Positions 1-9,844 of a stretch of DNA of 63,711 bases are shown in pieces; within the stretch, counting starts at the first letter, position 1; each line of letters begins with the position of its first letter. The stretch covers positions 1-63,711 of the forward strand of contig CALVOO010000001.1 of NCBI GenBank assembly GCA_944350305.1. The letters are read 5' to 3'. This stretch comes from an uncultured Bacilli bacterium (GTDB taxonomy: Bacteria; Bacillota_I; Bacilli_A; RF39; UBA660). The position numbers and the translations under genes are program-made. The notes under the pieces are model-generated. The model was not told where the DNA came from and made no database searches. It saw nothing but the letters and a program-made list of their open reading frames with translations.

Positions 1-335
1 TTTTGAGATTCTTGATGATCTTTTTTTTTTTTTATAAATTCAACACTATCCGCTACTACTTCAGTTACATATCTTTTAGACCCATCCTGAGCATCATAAG
101 ATCTAGTTTGAAGCCTTCCTTCAATTCCAACCAAGCTACCTTTAAAACAATATTTACCAATATTTTCTACTGATCTATAACAAACAATATTAATAAAATC
201 AGCTTCTATTATACCTTCCTTATTTTTAAAAGGCCTATTAACTGCAATTGCAAAATTAGCTACGGAAGATCCAGAACTCATAGTCCTGATTTCTGGGTCA
301 CGAGTCAATCTTCCAACTAACATAATTCTATTCAT
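1..335 (-). CDS. ssb: single-stranded DNA-binding protein; C-terminal end cut off by the window edge
   Basis: Not in the ORF track because it runs off the window. My translation from the ATG at 335-333 is MNRIMLVGRLTRDPEIRTMSSGSSVANFAIAVNRPFKNKEG...GRLQTRSYDAQDGSKRYVTEVVADSVEF, an OB-fold SSB signature. Its start overlaps the rpsF stop (TAATG), and rpsF-ssb is the usual Firmicute order. Confidence 0.85.
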   Translation of the reverse strand, partial: MNRIMLVGRLTRDPEIRTMSSGSSVANFAIAVNRPFKNKEGIIEADFINIVCYRSVENIGKYCFKGSLVGIEGRLQTRSYDAQDGSKRYVTEVVADSVEFIKKKKDHQESQ

Positions 336-622
336 TATTCTTCCTCCTTAACGATTAAATGTCTTAGTATCTTTTCATCGATTAAAGCTTTACGATCAAA
401 TTCTTTAATAGCTTCAGGAGTAGCTTCAACATTCAACAAATAATAATATCCTCTAATAGAATCTTTAATAGGATAAGCCAATTTCTTCTGACCCATTTCC
501 TTAGAATTAACAATTGTTGCATTCATAGAAGTCAAAACATCTTCAAAAGATTTAACTGTCTCTTTAATAACTGATTCCTCAAGATCCGCTTTAATAATAA
601 ATACTATTTCATATTTATTCAT
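335..622 (-). CDS. rpsF: 30S ribosomal protein S6
   Basis: 95 aa, MNKYEIVFIIKADLEE...LAYPIKD..GYYYLLNVEA, a typical S6. GGAGGTG RBS 7 nt upstream; followed by ssb. Confidence 0.95.
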   Translation of the reverse strand: MNKYEIVFIIKADLEESVIKETVKSFEDVLTSMNATIVNSKEMGQKKLAYPIKDSIRGYYYLLNVEATPEAIKEFDRKALIDEKILRHLIVKEEE

Positions 623-713
623 AAATTCACCTCCTTATGGTCTATGGCTTCCGTAGAAGCAAGGAGCATCCGCTCTTCTTGCATATTATAGCAAACTTAA
701 TAATAAAAGTCTA
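623..713 (-). promoter_or_regulatory. rpsF promoter (-35 TAGACT 713-708, 17-nt spacer, -10 TATAAT 690-685) plus a structured ~55-nt leader
   Basis: Minus strand reads TAGACT-N17-TATAAT, then GCAAGAAGAGCGGATGCTCCTTGC (nested stem GCAAG/CTTGC and GAGC/GCTC) and CTTCTACGGAAG hairpins just before the RBS. This may be an S6:S18 autoregulatory leader. Confidence 0.45.
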
Positions 714-742
714 TTATTAATTATAAAAAAAAGAACATCGAT

Positions 743-1360
743 TTAAATATTCAATTTTTTATTTTTTAAATTATTGTAATAAATAGTATTTGAAAGCACA
801 AAATAAGGAAGTACAAATATAACTGCAGTGCCAAAAGTCAAAATAACTATTAAAAACCACCCAAAAAAACTAAGTAAAAATTTAAAATAGTCAAATTTAT
901 ATCCATATATCAATTCTCTTGCTTCCCTAAGCGAGTCGACAACTGAATATTCACCTTCAGCGACAACAAATCCAACAAAACTATAGCAAATTAATACCAT
1001 AAAAGCTGGAACAACAAAAACAATTAGACCTAACGAAAAAAACAATTGTATAACCAAATTAATTAAAAAAATATTAATAAATTTAGGATAAAATTTAAAT
1101 AATGACTTATAATTATATTTTTCATTTTTTATAATTTTTAACAATAAATAGCAAAGGCCAACATTAAATGGAGAAACAAAAAGGTTAATTACGATTAAGT
1201 AAAGTATTGTTTCATACAAATCAGAACTAAAACTAAAGAAAGCAAATAATAAATCTACGAAACAAAAAATCAAAATTAGCAAAAAAAATGGAATCCATAT
1301 TCTAAAAAAATTATTTTCTAATATAGATAACGCCCTTTCTTTAATTTCTTTTCTATTCAT
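743..1360 (-). CDS. DUF975-family integral membrane protein
   Basis: 205 aa and multi-TM. The N-terminus MNRKEIKERALSILENNFF and the overall layout resemble DUF975 proteins (from memory). Confidence 0.6.
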   Translation of the reverse strand: MNRKEIKERALSILENNFFRIWIPFFLLILIFCFVDLLFAFFSFSSDLYETILYLIVINLFVSPFNVGLCYLLLKIIKNEKYNYKSLFKFYPKFINIFLINLVIQLFFSLGLIVFVVPAFMVLICYSFVGFVVAEGEYSVVDSLREARELIYGYKFDYFKFLLSFFGWFLIVILTFGTAVIFVLPYFVLSNTIYYNNLKNKKLNI

Positions 1361-1368
1361 ATACTCAC

Positions 1369-2463
1369 CTACACATTAAATCTAAAGTAACAAATGTCTC
1401 CATCCTGCATTTCATATTCTTTACCTTCAAGACGCGCTTTACCAGCTTCCTTCACCTTTTTTTCATCACCATAAGCCACCAAATCATCATAGCTTATAAC
1501 CTCAGCTCTAATAAACCCACGTTCAAAATCAGAATGAATAATACCCGCACACTCAGGAGCTTTCATACCTGCCTTAAACGTCCAAGCTCTTACTTCATCA
1601 CTTCCTGCAGTAAAAAAAGTTCTTAATCCAAGTATTTCATAGGTAGATTTTATAAGCTGATTTAAACCACTTTCTTCAATTCCTAACTCTTTCAAAAAAA
1701 CCTGCTTCTCTAAATCATTAAATTCTACTAATTCACTCTCAATTTTAGCACACATCAATATAACCTTGGAATCTTTTACATAAGCTTTCAAGTCATCAAT
1801 AAATTTATTATTATTCATAACCAAATCCATTTCAGTAACATTTGCCAGATATATAATAGGTTTCAAAGTTATAAAATTAAACGGTTTAATAATTTTTAAC
1901 TCTTCATCAGTAAAAACTACATCCCTTAGTGGCTTATTTTCTATTAAATTAGATTTGCATTTATTCATAACATCAACTTCAAACAAAGCTAATTTATCAT
2001 TAGAAGTTTTTGCTTTTTTTTCAATTTTAGACAACCTATTTTCAACAAGTTCAAGATCACTAATAGCCAGTTCCGTATTTATTATATCCACATCTCTAAC
2101 AGGATCAACAGTACCATCAACATGAATAATATCCTTATCCTCAAAGCATCTAACAACATGAATAACCGCATCAACTTCTCTAATATGAGATAAAAATTTA
2201 TTTCCTAGACCCTCGCCTTGACTCGCACCTTTTACCAGTCCAGCAATATCAATAAATTCATATTGAGTTGGTATTGTTCTTTCGGGAACATACATACGCT
2301 CTAAAACCGCCAGACGCTCATCAGGAACAGTAACAATACCTAAATTAGGATCAATCGTTGCAAATGGATAATTAGCTGCCAAAATATTTTGCTTGGTAAT
2401 TGCATTAAATAAAGTGCTTTTGCCCACATTTGGCATTCCTATAATACCTGCTTTAAGCGACAT
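1369..2463 (-). CDS. ychF: ribosome-binding ATPase YchF
   Basis: MSLKAGIIGMPNVGKSTLFNA P-loop, a TGS-like C-terminus, ends ...DGDICYFRFNV. I trimmed the start to the ATG at 2463; the ORF-track extension MLVFILLV... overlaps the upstream gene and has no homology. Confidence 0.95.
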   Translation of the reverse strand: MSLKAGIIGMPNVGKSTLFNAITKQNILAANYPFATIDPNLGIVTVPDERLAVLERMYVPERTIPTQYEFIDIAGLVKGASQGEGLGNKFLSHIREVDAVIHVVRCFEDKDIIHVDGTVDPVRDVDIINTELAISDLELVENRLSKIEKKAKTSNDKLALFEVDVMNKCKSNLIENKPLRDVVFTDEELKIIKPFNFITLKPIIYLANVTEMDLVMNNNKFIDDLKAYVKDSKVILMCAKIESELVEFNDLEKQVFLKELGIEESGLNQLIKSTYEILGLRTFFTAGSDEVRAWTFKAGMKAPECAGIIHSDFERGFIRAEVISYDDLVAYGDEKKVKEAGKARLEGKEYEMQDGDICYFRFNV

Positions 2464-3991
2464 AATTAACCCCCGGCATAGAACCAATTCCAAGAGGCAA
2501 ACCAGTAATATAAAAACTAGCAATTAAAATAAACCAAATTACCATAACAGCAAAACTATAAGGAATAGTATACTTAATACTACCAAAAATTGAAATTGTA
2601 CCATTTTTATTATACTTTTCCATAAAAGCCAAATATATTACAAAATAAGCCATAACAGGAGTAATCCCATTTGCAATACTTACACCTGCCGTATAAATTA
2701 TTTGAGCAAATTCCGGACTTAAACTCGCATTCATAAACACAGGAACAGTAATTCCTGATAAAATAGACCATTTAACAGCAATGCCAGTGTGGAAAATATG
2801 AGTAATAATTGATATAACTAATAAAAGTATAATTAATCCCAAACCAGTAAGACTCACTTCACCAATAACATTAGACAAAAGTGCAGTTAAAACCAAACCA
2901 ATATTAGACTTTTTCAAAGTACTAATAAACAATGAAGCCATAAATATCAAAACCAAAATACTTCCTATCCCATCTAATGAATAAGACAAACAATCAGAAA
3001 CATCCTTTCCTTTAATAGATTTCGAAACAAAACCATATATAAAACCAACTATAATAAATAAAAATGTAATAATAAACACAAATGCCTGACTAAAAACAGC
3101 ATTAGTCCCAAATAGCATATCAATATAATAAGTTCCACTATGATCTAGCAAAGCTCCAGAAAGAGGCAGACCAGGAATTATCATATAAATAATAGCCAAT
3201 ATATACAAGAAACCTACACCTAAAGAAACAATTAACCCTCTTAATTGTCTATTAGTAATTTTAACATCTTCTAAAGTTTCAATATCATCAAACTCATACT
3301 TACCCAACTTAGGCATAACACTTTTTTCAGTAATTCTTGTAAAAACTATACTAGTAATAATTATAGCAATTAACATAATAAATAACTGAAAAAACACATT
3401 AATATCATATTTAGGATCTAAAATATGACTAGCATTTAATGTCATGGTTAGCAAACTACTATCTATTGCACTAAGGAAAATATTCATACCATATCCAAAT
3501 GACACGCCAGCAAAAGCTGCTATACTACCACCAAGCGGATTTCTATGACCATATTTAAACAACAAAGCACCAATCGGCAAGAATACCACATAACCAATAT
3601 CACCAACAAGTGTACTTAAAATACTTAATAAAATCAAAAGAAAAGTAAGAGTATTTTTCTTAAAATTTTGAGTTATAAGAGTAAAAAAAGTTTTCATAAA
3701 ACCACTTTTTTCTAACACACCTATACCCATAAGAGTGATTATTAGCATAGAAAGAGGTGCAAAACTAACAAAATCTGTAATTGCCGTAGTAGCGATTTCT
3801 TTAATTCCAGAGCCACTTAACAAATTTTCAACTTGAACAACATTATTATTTGAAAGTTCATTAGTAACAGTATTAACTGTACTATAATCCGCTTGAATAT
3901 TAAAAAAAGCCAAAATTCCACTCAATAAAATAGTAATTACTATTAAAATAATAAACATCAAAATAGGATTAAATTGCACTTTTGACTTCAT
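2453..3991 (-). CDS. AbgT-family (p-aminobenzoyl-glutamate type) transporter
   Basis: 512 aa polytopic membrane protein whose N-terminus and length are typical of the AbgT family. Overlaps the ychF start by 11 nt. Confidence 0.8.
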   Translation of the reverse strand: MKSKVQFNPILMFIILIVITILLSGILAFFNIQADYSTVNTVTNELSNNNVVQVENLLSGSGIKEIATTAITDFVSFAPLSMLIITLMGIGVLEKSGFMKTFFTLITQNFKKNTLTFLLILLSILSTLVGDIGYVVFLPIGALLFKYGHRNPLGGSIAAFAGVSFGYGMNIFLSAIDSSLLTMTLNASHILDPKYDINVFFQLFIMLIAIIITSIVFTRITEKSVMPKLGKYEFDDIETLEDVKITNRQLRGLIVSLGVGFLYILAIIYMIIPGLPLSGALLDHSGTYYIDMLFGTNAVFSQAFVFIITFLFIIVGFIYGFVSKSIKGKDVSDCLSYSLDGIGSILVLIFMASLFISTLKKSNIGLVLTALLSNVIGEVSLTGLGLIILLLVISIITHIFHTGIAVKWSILSGITVPVFMNASLSPEFAQIIYTAGVSIANGITPVMAYFVIYLAFMEKYNKNGTISIFGSIKYTIPYSFAVMVIWFILIASFYITGLPLGIGSMPGVNYVA

Positions 3992-4168
3992 TTATTCCAC
4001 CACCTTCTTTAAACGTTTTTCAAATTTCAATCTATCTAACATAACAATCCTGCCACAATTTACACATTTTAATTTAATATCAACTCCGGTCCTAACAATT
4101 TGCCATAAATTGGTACCACAAGGATGTTGTTTTTTCATGATAACAATGTTTCCTTCTTTATAATTCAT
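3992..4168 (-). CDS. small DUF951 (YyzM-like) protein
   Basis: Below the ORF-track size cutoff. My translation is MNYKEGNIVIMKKQHPCGTNLWQIVRTGVDIKLKCVNCGRIVMLDRLKFEKRLKKVVE, with a CG...CxxCG zinc-ribbon-like pattern. It is packed tightly between the parB stop (4169) and the abgT start (3991). Confidence 0.7.
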   Translation of the reverse strand: MNYKEGNIVIMKKQHPCGTNLWQIVRTGVDIKLKCVNCGRIVMLDRLKFEKRLKKVVE

Positions 4169-5056
4169 TCAATCAATTTCCACCTTAATATTTAATATTT
4201 CCAAAATACGTTCTAAATCCTTTTCACTATCAAACGGAATAATTATATTTTTATTATTAACCTTAACAGTAGTACCAATTTTATCTCGAAGAACATCTTG
4301 TATATATTGGTAATTAGGATTTGTAGAATTTTTAGATTTTATTATCGGCTTATTTCTTTTATATTCTCCACTCACAATTGATTCTAATTCTCTAACAGAC
4401 AAATTTTCATCAATAACTTTTTGAGTCAAATTAAATATTTCTTCAACATCACTTAGCTTACTTAAAATTCTTGCATGTCCCATAGACAATTTATCATCCA
4501 AAATCAAATTTTGAATTTTATTAGGTAACTTTAATAAACCTAAAATATTTGTTAAATAACTCCTACTTTTACCTATTTTTCTACTTAATTCATCATGAGT
4601 CAAATGTAAAGTTTCTAACATCTTCTTATAAGCTTCAGCTTCTTCCATAATATTTAAATTTTCACGTTGAATATTTTCTAAAATAGCTATTTCTAACATT
4701 TCTTCGTCAGTAAAATTTCTAATAATAGCAGGAATCTTTTCAAGACCAGCTTTTCTAGCTGCTAACGTTCTTCTCTCACCAGCAACAATTTCATAACCCT
4801 TAATACTTTTTTTAACGATAATTGGTTCAATTACTCCGTACTCCTTAATAGAAGTAGCTAATTCCTCCAATTTTTCGTCATCAAAAACCTTTCTAGGTTG
4901 ATAAGGATTACTTCTTAATTCACTCAAATCAATAAGTTTTACATCTTCCTTATTGCTACTTTCAATAATATTTCGTTCTAATTCATCAATATTAAAAGCC
5001 TCATTGCTGAACAGTTGTTCTAGACCCTTCCCTAGTGCTCTCCTCTTCTCTTGCAT
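4169..5056 (-). CDS. spo0J: chromosome partitioning protein ParB/Spo0J
   Basis: RALGKGLEQLF, IVAGERRTLAARKAGL, ENIQRENLN, and the HTH SRSYLTNILGLLKL...LSMGHARIL (ParB-type). Start set at ATG 5056; the ORF-track start at 5065 is a TTG too close to the RBS AAGGAAG. Confidence 0.9.
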   Translation of the reverse strand: MQEKRRALGKGLEQLFSNEAFNIDELERNIIESSNKEDVKLIDLSELRSNPYQPRKVFDDEKLEELATSIKEYGVIEPIIVKKSIKGYEIVAGERRTLAARKAGLEKIPAIIRNFTDEEMLEIAILENIQRENLNIMEEAEAYKKMLETLHLTHDELSRKIGKSRSYLTNILGLLKLPNKIQNLILDDKLSMGHARILSKLSDVEEIFNLTQKVIDENLSVRELESIVSGEYKRNKPIIKSKNSTNPNYQYIQDVLRDKIGTTVKVNNKNIIIPFDSEKDLERILEILNIKVEID

Positions 5057-5831
5057 TTCGCTCAATCACTTCCTTTGCTAAATTAATATACGCCAACGCC
5101 CCTCTACATTTTGGATCATACTCTATAATAGGTTTCCCATGACTAGGTGCCTCTACAAGCCTAACAAGTCTAGGTATAATTGTATTAAACACCTTTTCCT
5201 TAAAAAACTTTCTAACATCCTCTACTACTTCTAAACCAACTAAAGTTCTACCATCAAGCATAGTTAATAACACACCCTCAATATCAAGTTTAGGATTAAC
5301 CTTAGTCTGTGTCAAAATTATAGTATTCAATAATTGTGTAACACCTTCTAAAGCAAAATATTCACATTGGACTGGAATCAACACACTATCTGAAGCAGCA
5401 AGCGCATTAGTAGTTAAAATTCCCAATGCAGGTGGACAATCAATAATTATAAAATCATATCTATCCTTTATTTTATTAATTTGATTCTTCAATTGATCAC
5501 CAAGAATAAAATTATCCTCCCTCATACTAGTTTGCATTAATTCAATTTCTACACCACTCAAAAAAATCATAGAAGGAATAACACTAAGATTTTTAAACTT
5601 AGTTTTTACTATAGCATCAGATATTTCACATCTATTAGTTATAACATCGTAAATACTAAGTTTAATATTTGCCTTATTTATTCCAAGACCAGTTGTACTA
5701 TTACTTTGAGGATCCAAATCAATTAATAAAACCTTTTTTCCTAAGTGTCCTAAAGCACTACTAAGATTAATACTAGTAGTCGTTTTACCAACACCACCTT
5801 TTTGATTAACTAGTGATATAACTTTAGACAT
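5001..5831 (-). CDS. soj: chromosome partitioning ATPase ParA/Soj
   Basis: Deviant Walker A NQKGGVGKTTTSINL, then DLDPQSN and IIIDCPP. Lies directly upstream of parB. Confidence 0.95.
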   Translation of the reverse strand: MSKVISLVNQKGGVGKTTTSINLSSALGHLGKKVLLIDLDPQSNSTTGLGINKANIKLSIYDVITNRCEISDAIVKTKFKNLSVIPSMIFLSGVEIELMQTSMREDNFILGDQLKNQINKIKDRYDFIIIDCPPALGILTTNALAASDSVLIPVQCEYFALEGVTQLLNTIILTQTKVNPKLDIEGVLLTMLDGRTLVGLEVVEDVRKFFKEKVFNTIIPRLVRLVEAPSHGKPIIEYDPKCRGALAYINLAKEVIERNAREEESTREGSRTTVQQ

Positions 5832-5910
5832 AATACTACCTCGCTCACTATAACAATTTTAACACATATCACAAATTTTGAAAATAGAAATTATTAACAT
5901 TATTGTAATA

Positions 5911-5934
5911 AAAAAAGCATCATATAATATGCTT
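5911..5934 (-). terminator. ftsH terminator hairpin
   Basis: Minus strand reads AAGCAT-ATTATATG-ATGCTT followed by TTTTTTT. The stem overlaps the ftsH stop codon. Confidence 0.55.
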
Positions 5935-7867
5935 ATTTTTCTTCAGTTTTCTTTGTTTTTTTCACTGATACAGACTTTTTAGGCTTTTTACTTGTTTTAG
6001 TTTTCTTATAATTTGCAACAATTTCTTCAATTTCTTCTTTAGTTAATGTTTCTTTATTCATAAGCGTATCGCTCAATAAATTAACTAAATCTTTATTTTT
6101 TTGAATAATATCCTTTGCCCTCTTATAGCACATATCAATAATCTTTCTAACTTCTTGATCAATTTCCAAAGCAACTGCATCAGAATAATTCTTAGATTTA
6201 GTATAATCACGGCCCAAGAAAACTTCTTCACTTCTATGTTCAAATTGTACTGGACCTAAATCACTCATACCATATTCAGTGACCATACTACGAGCAATAC
6301 GAGTCGCTTTTTTGAAGTCATCACTCGCACCAGTACTCATTTCATTTAAAAACATTTCTTCACTAACACGTCCAGCTAACAATGAAGTTATCCTATCTAG
6401 TAACTCATCTTTCGTCATAACCATAGTTCTTTCTTCCTTAGGCAACATTTGAGTATATCCTCCAGCCATTCCCCTAGGAATAATAGTTATCTTATGTACT
6501 TCTTCACCATTAGGAAGTTCAATCCCAATAACTGCATGTCCAGCTTCATGAAAACAAACAACTTTTTTCTCAAAATCAGTTACTTTTCTACTCGTTTTAG
6601 CAGGCCCCATAAGTACTCTATCACCCGCTTCATCTATTTCATCCATTCCAATTGAAAGTTTATTTCGTCTAACAGCAAGCAGTGCTGCCTCATTTAACAT
6701 ATTCTCCAAATCCGCACCTGAATAACCAGGAGTTCTTTCCGCAATTCTTTTCAAATTAACATTATCATCCAAAATTTTATTTTTAGCGTGAACACCAAGA
6801 ATTGCTTCTCTTTCCTTGACATCTGGCAAATTAACAGTTACCTGTCTATCGAATCTACCTGGCCTCAATAAAGCCGGATCTAAAACATCAGGTCTATTTG
6901 TAGCAGCTATAATTATGATACCCTCGTTAGAACCAAAGCCATCCATTTCTGTCAACAACTGATTAAGAGTTTGTTCTCTCTCATCATGTCCTCCGCCTAA
7001 ACCAGTACCTCTTTGTCTACCAACAGCGTCAATTTCATCAATAAAAATCAAACATGGAGCATTTTGTTTGGCTTCCTTAAACATATCTCTCACACGACTT
7101 GCACCAACACCAACAAATAGTTCAACAAAATCAGAACCACTTATGTAATAAAATGGAACTTTTGCTTCACCAGCAACAGCTCTTGCAAGCAATGTCTTAC
7201 CTGTCCCTGGAGGACCTACTAACAATACACCTTTTGGTATCCTAGCACCTAACTTTTGGAATTTTTTAGGATTTTTTAAAAAATCTATTAACTCACTAAC
7301 TTCTTCTTTCTCTTCCTTTAATCCAGCAACATTTTTAAAAGTTGTACCGCTTTCTTGATTCATTTTAGCTCGACTTTTACCGAAATCAAAAGTTCCTCCA
7401 CCCTTAGCATTTCCCATAAGCTTATTAATTAAATATAAACTAAGACCAATAATAACTAAAGTCGGAACAATATTAACTAAAATTACTAACCATGAACTAT
7501 TACTAGGATCACCCTTAGTAACCACATTCAAACTTTGTTGTTCAGAGATATTTAATATATTCTCAATAACACTGTCACTAAGAGGAACGATCAATTCAAA
7601 CGTTTCATTAGAATCATAGTCCACAAGTCTTCCAGTTAAACTATATACCCCACTACCACTTCTAGGTGTAATAGTTAATTCTTCAATTTGTCCTTCTTCC
7701 AAATAAGTTGTAAATTCATTATAATTTAGCGTATTAGTTTTTTTATTTAATGTATTAAACAAATACATAGTACATAAAATGACAATAAATAACAACAAAT
7801 AAGGCATAAAAGTTTTAATTACTGTATTTTTTTTCAAAATTATATCTCTCCTTTTAATAGTACTCAA
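5933..7867 (-). CDS. ftsH: ATP-dependent zinc metalloprotease FtsH
   Basis: Two N-terminal TM segments, AAA+ motifs [11 protein letters not shown] and IIFIDEIDA, and the zinc site HEAGHA. Confidence 0.97.
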   Translation of the reverse strand: MSTIKRRDIILKKNTVIKTFMPYLLLFIVILCTMYLFNTLNKKTNTLNYNEFTTYLEEGQIEELTITPRSGSGVYSLTGRLVDYDSNETFELIVPLSDSVIENILNISEQQSLNVVTKGDPSNSSWLVILVNIVPTLVIIGLSLYLINKLMGNAKGGGTFDFGKSRAKMNQESGTTFKNVAGLKEEKEEVSELIDFLKNPKKFQKLGARIPKGVLLVGPPGTGKTLLARAVAGEAKVPFYYISGSDFVELFVGVGASRVRDMFKEAKQNAPCLIFIDEIDAVGRQRGTGLGGGHDEREQTLNQLLTEMDGFGSNEGIIIIAATNRPDVLDPALLRPGRFDRQVTVNLPDVKEREAILGVHAKNKILDDNVNLKRIAERTPGYSGADLENMLNEAALLAVRRNKLSIGMDEIDEAGDRVLMGPAKTSRKVTDFEKKVVCFHEAGHAVIGIELPNGEEVHKITIIPRGMAGGYTQMLPKEERTMVMTKDELLDRITSLLAGRVSEEMFLNEMSTGASDDFKKATRIARSMVTEYGMSDLGPVQFEHRSEEVFLGRDYTKSKNYSDAVALEIDQEVRKIIDMCYKRAKDIIQKNKDLVNLLSDTLMNKETLTKEEIEEIVANYKKTKTSKKPKKSVSVKKTKKTEEK

Positions 7868-9179
7868 GTATTATATCATACTCTTGATTAATATTTTTGT
7901 CAAATTTACTTTTTTTAAGTCCAGGTATCCAAACAATTTTCTCACTAGCATCAACTACAATAGGCCATAATTTTCTATCTTGCATTGACACCTTATCATC
8001 TATAAATATATCATTAACTTTTTTTTGACCAGACATACCTTTTACACTAATTTTATCACCATTTCTTCTTGTACGAACAGTTAAAGGTAAAACAACATCT
8101 TTCGAAGACAACCTTGTAACATAATTACTAGTTTCTTCACTTTTATTAACAAGTTCAATATTCATACCATTAGGCAAATTCACTATCTTATCAATTTCAA
8201 CTTCATATTCTTGCTCATCTAACTCTTCATAACTAAAACTAATTTTATCATAAGTTTTAATTGCTTTAACATTATTTGGTAAATGTACAATACTATTAGC
8301 GCGATCAGATTTAATAAGATTAAAAATCAAATTCACATGAGTATCGCTTATTATTAATAAATCATCGCCATATATGTGTTCTAAAATATTATATATTAAT
8401 TTTGTTTGCAAAATATGATCGATTTCTAGGAATCTATTTATATCAATCAAACCCTGTTTAAAAACCTTTGTCATAACCACGCCAAGTTGTTTTTCTATAA
8501 AATTGTTATACTCAATTAAAGTTTCACTAAATTTCAAAAATTTCAAATGAACATTAGGATCTTCACTTTTAAGAAAAGGTAAAACATGTTTTCTATATCT
8601 ATTACGAGTATAAACTTCCTTTTCATTAGATTTATCTATCACATAAGGAATACAATTTTCCTTTACATAATTTAATAATTGATCTTTTGTAACTGTAATT
8701 AGAGGTCGCAATATAATATACTCACCTTTATGAATCATTTTTTGAAAACCACTATAACCCTTTAAAGTAGAACCACGAACAATTCTCATCAGGATAGTTT
8801 CCATTAAATCATCTGCATGGTGAGCTGTTAACAAAAATTTTGCACCATATTGTTTACATATTTTATCAAAATAATTATATCTAATTGAACGAGCTTCATT
8901 ATGAAAATTATCTTCACCATAATTTTCAATCTTCATATGCTCAAAATACAATCCTTCTTTATCGCAATATTTTTGTAAAAACTTACGTTCATCTTCACTT
9001 TCCTTGCGAACATTATGATTGACATGAGCGACAACAATAAACAAATCCATTTCTTTTTTAATTTTTTTTATTAAATAAAGTAAACTCATCGAATCAGGCC
9101 CGCCACTAACACCAATAACAATTGTATCCTTATACTTAATACCACTTTCTTTTACCAAATATTCATAAACTTCATCCAT
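7854..9179 (-). CDS. tilS: tRNA(Ile)-lysidine synthetase
   Basis: PP-loop VSGGPDSMSL and a C-terminal TilS domain (...RRNGDKI...KKVNDIFID). Sits upstream of ftsH as in Bacillus. Confidence 0.9.
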   Translation of the reverse strand: MDEVYEYLVKESGIKYKDTIVIGVSGGPDSMSLLYLIKKIKKEMDLFIVVAHVNHNVRKESEDERKFLQKYCDKEGLYFEHMKIENYGEDNFHNEARSIRYNYFDKICKQYGAKFLLTAHHADDLMETILMRIVRGSTLKGYSGFQKMIHKGEYIILRPLITVTKDQLLNYVKENCIPYVIDKSNEKEVYTRNRYRKHVLPFLKSEDPNVHLKFLKFSETLIEYNNFIEKQLGVVMTKVFKQGLIDINRFLEIDHILQTKLIYNILEHIYGDDLLIISDTHVNLIFNLIKSDRANSIVHLPNNVKAIKTYDKISFSYEELDEQEYEVEIDKIVNLPNGMNIELVNKSEETSNYVTRLSSKDVVLPLTVRTRRNGDKISVKGMSGQKKVNDIFIDDKVSMQDRKLWPIVVDASEKIVWIPGLKKSKFDKNINQEYDIILEYY

Positions 9180-9181
9180 TA

Positions 9182-9844
9182 TTATTCACCAACTAATTTT
9201 TCTACGATATTTAGTTTATTATTATCATCAATCAGTACAAAACTGGCACTATTTTCATAGCCTAAATCACTTTCATATTTCCATGAAGCACTAACCAAAT
9301 ATCCGTCATACTCTTGATCATTATAATTATAATTGTACTCTTCTACACTATTAATAGTAACTTCACTCACAACTGGCAAACTTTGTGTTCTATCACCATA
9401 TAAATTACTTTCAATAGTATTATACATTGTATCTCCCAAATTAATTTTAAAATTTTCAACCATATCCGTATGAATAAATTCAAGTCCACCTATATCAGTG
9501 CTAGTTAACTTATTATTTAGAGTATAAACGTCAACAACAAACAATTGAACTAATAAGGAAGCATATTTTTCATTATCAATATCATTTTCGTTTAAAACTT
9601 TTTTTAATTCATTAAAATAACTTTTATAAAGCTCAGTATCTTCATCATCCAAAGTATAACCATATAATTCAAGAGAATCTAATTTTTCCCTTGTTTCAAC
9701 TGGCTTATCAACATCTGCAAAAAAATCAAAGTAAACTTTCACACCTATAATTAATAAAACAATTAATAACAAAGCAATTGAAACAAAATAATATATTCTT
9801 TTAAAATTAATCTTTCTATTAGTTACTATTTTCATCAAAAACAT
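9182..9844 (-). CDS. hypothetical membrane-anchored protein
   Basis: One N-terminal TM segment (YYFVSIALLLIVLLIIGVKVYF) followed by an acidic Asn/Asp/Tyr-rich extracytoplasmic domain. I recognise no motif. Its start overlaps the end of the LTA-synthase gene. Confidence 0.5.
   Translation of the reverse strand: MFLMKIVTNRKINFKRIYYFVSIALLLIVLLIIGVKVYFDFFADVDKPVETREKLDSLELYGYTLDDEDTELYKSYFNELKKVLNENDIDNEKYASLLVQLFVVDVYTLNNKLTSTDIGGLEFIHTDMVENFKINLGDTMYNTIESNLYGDRTQSLPVVSEVTINSVEEYNYNYNDQEYDGYLVSASWKYESDLGYENSASFVLIDDNNKLNIVEKLVGE

Noticed and set aside
4664-4680. parS-like ATTTTCACGTTGAATA inside spo0J (B. subtilis has a parS inside spo0J)
   Set aside because: It matches the consensus at only about 11 of 16 positions and the CACGTG core is broken. 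It is explained by the conserved ENIQRENL codons.
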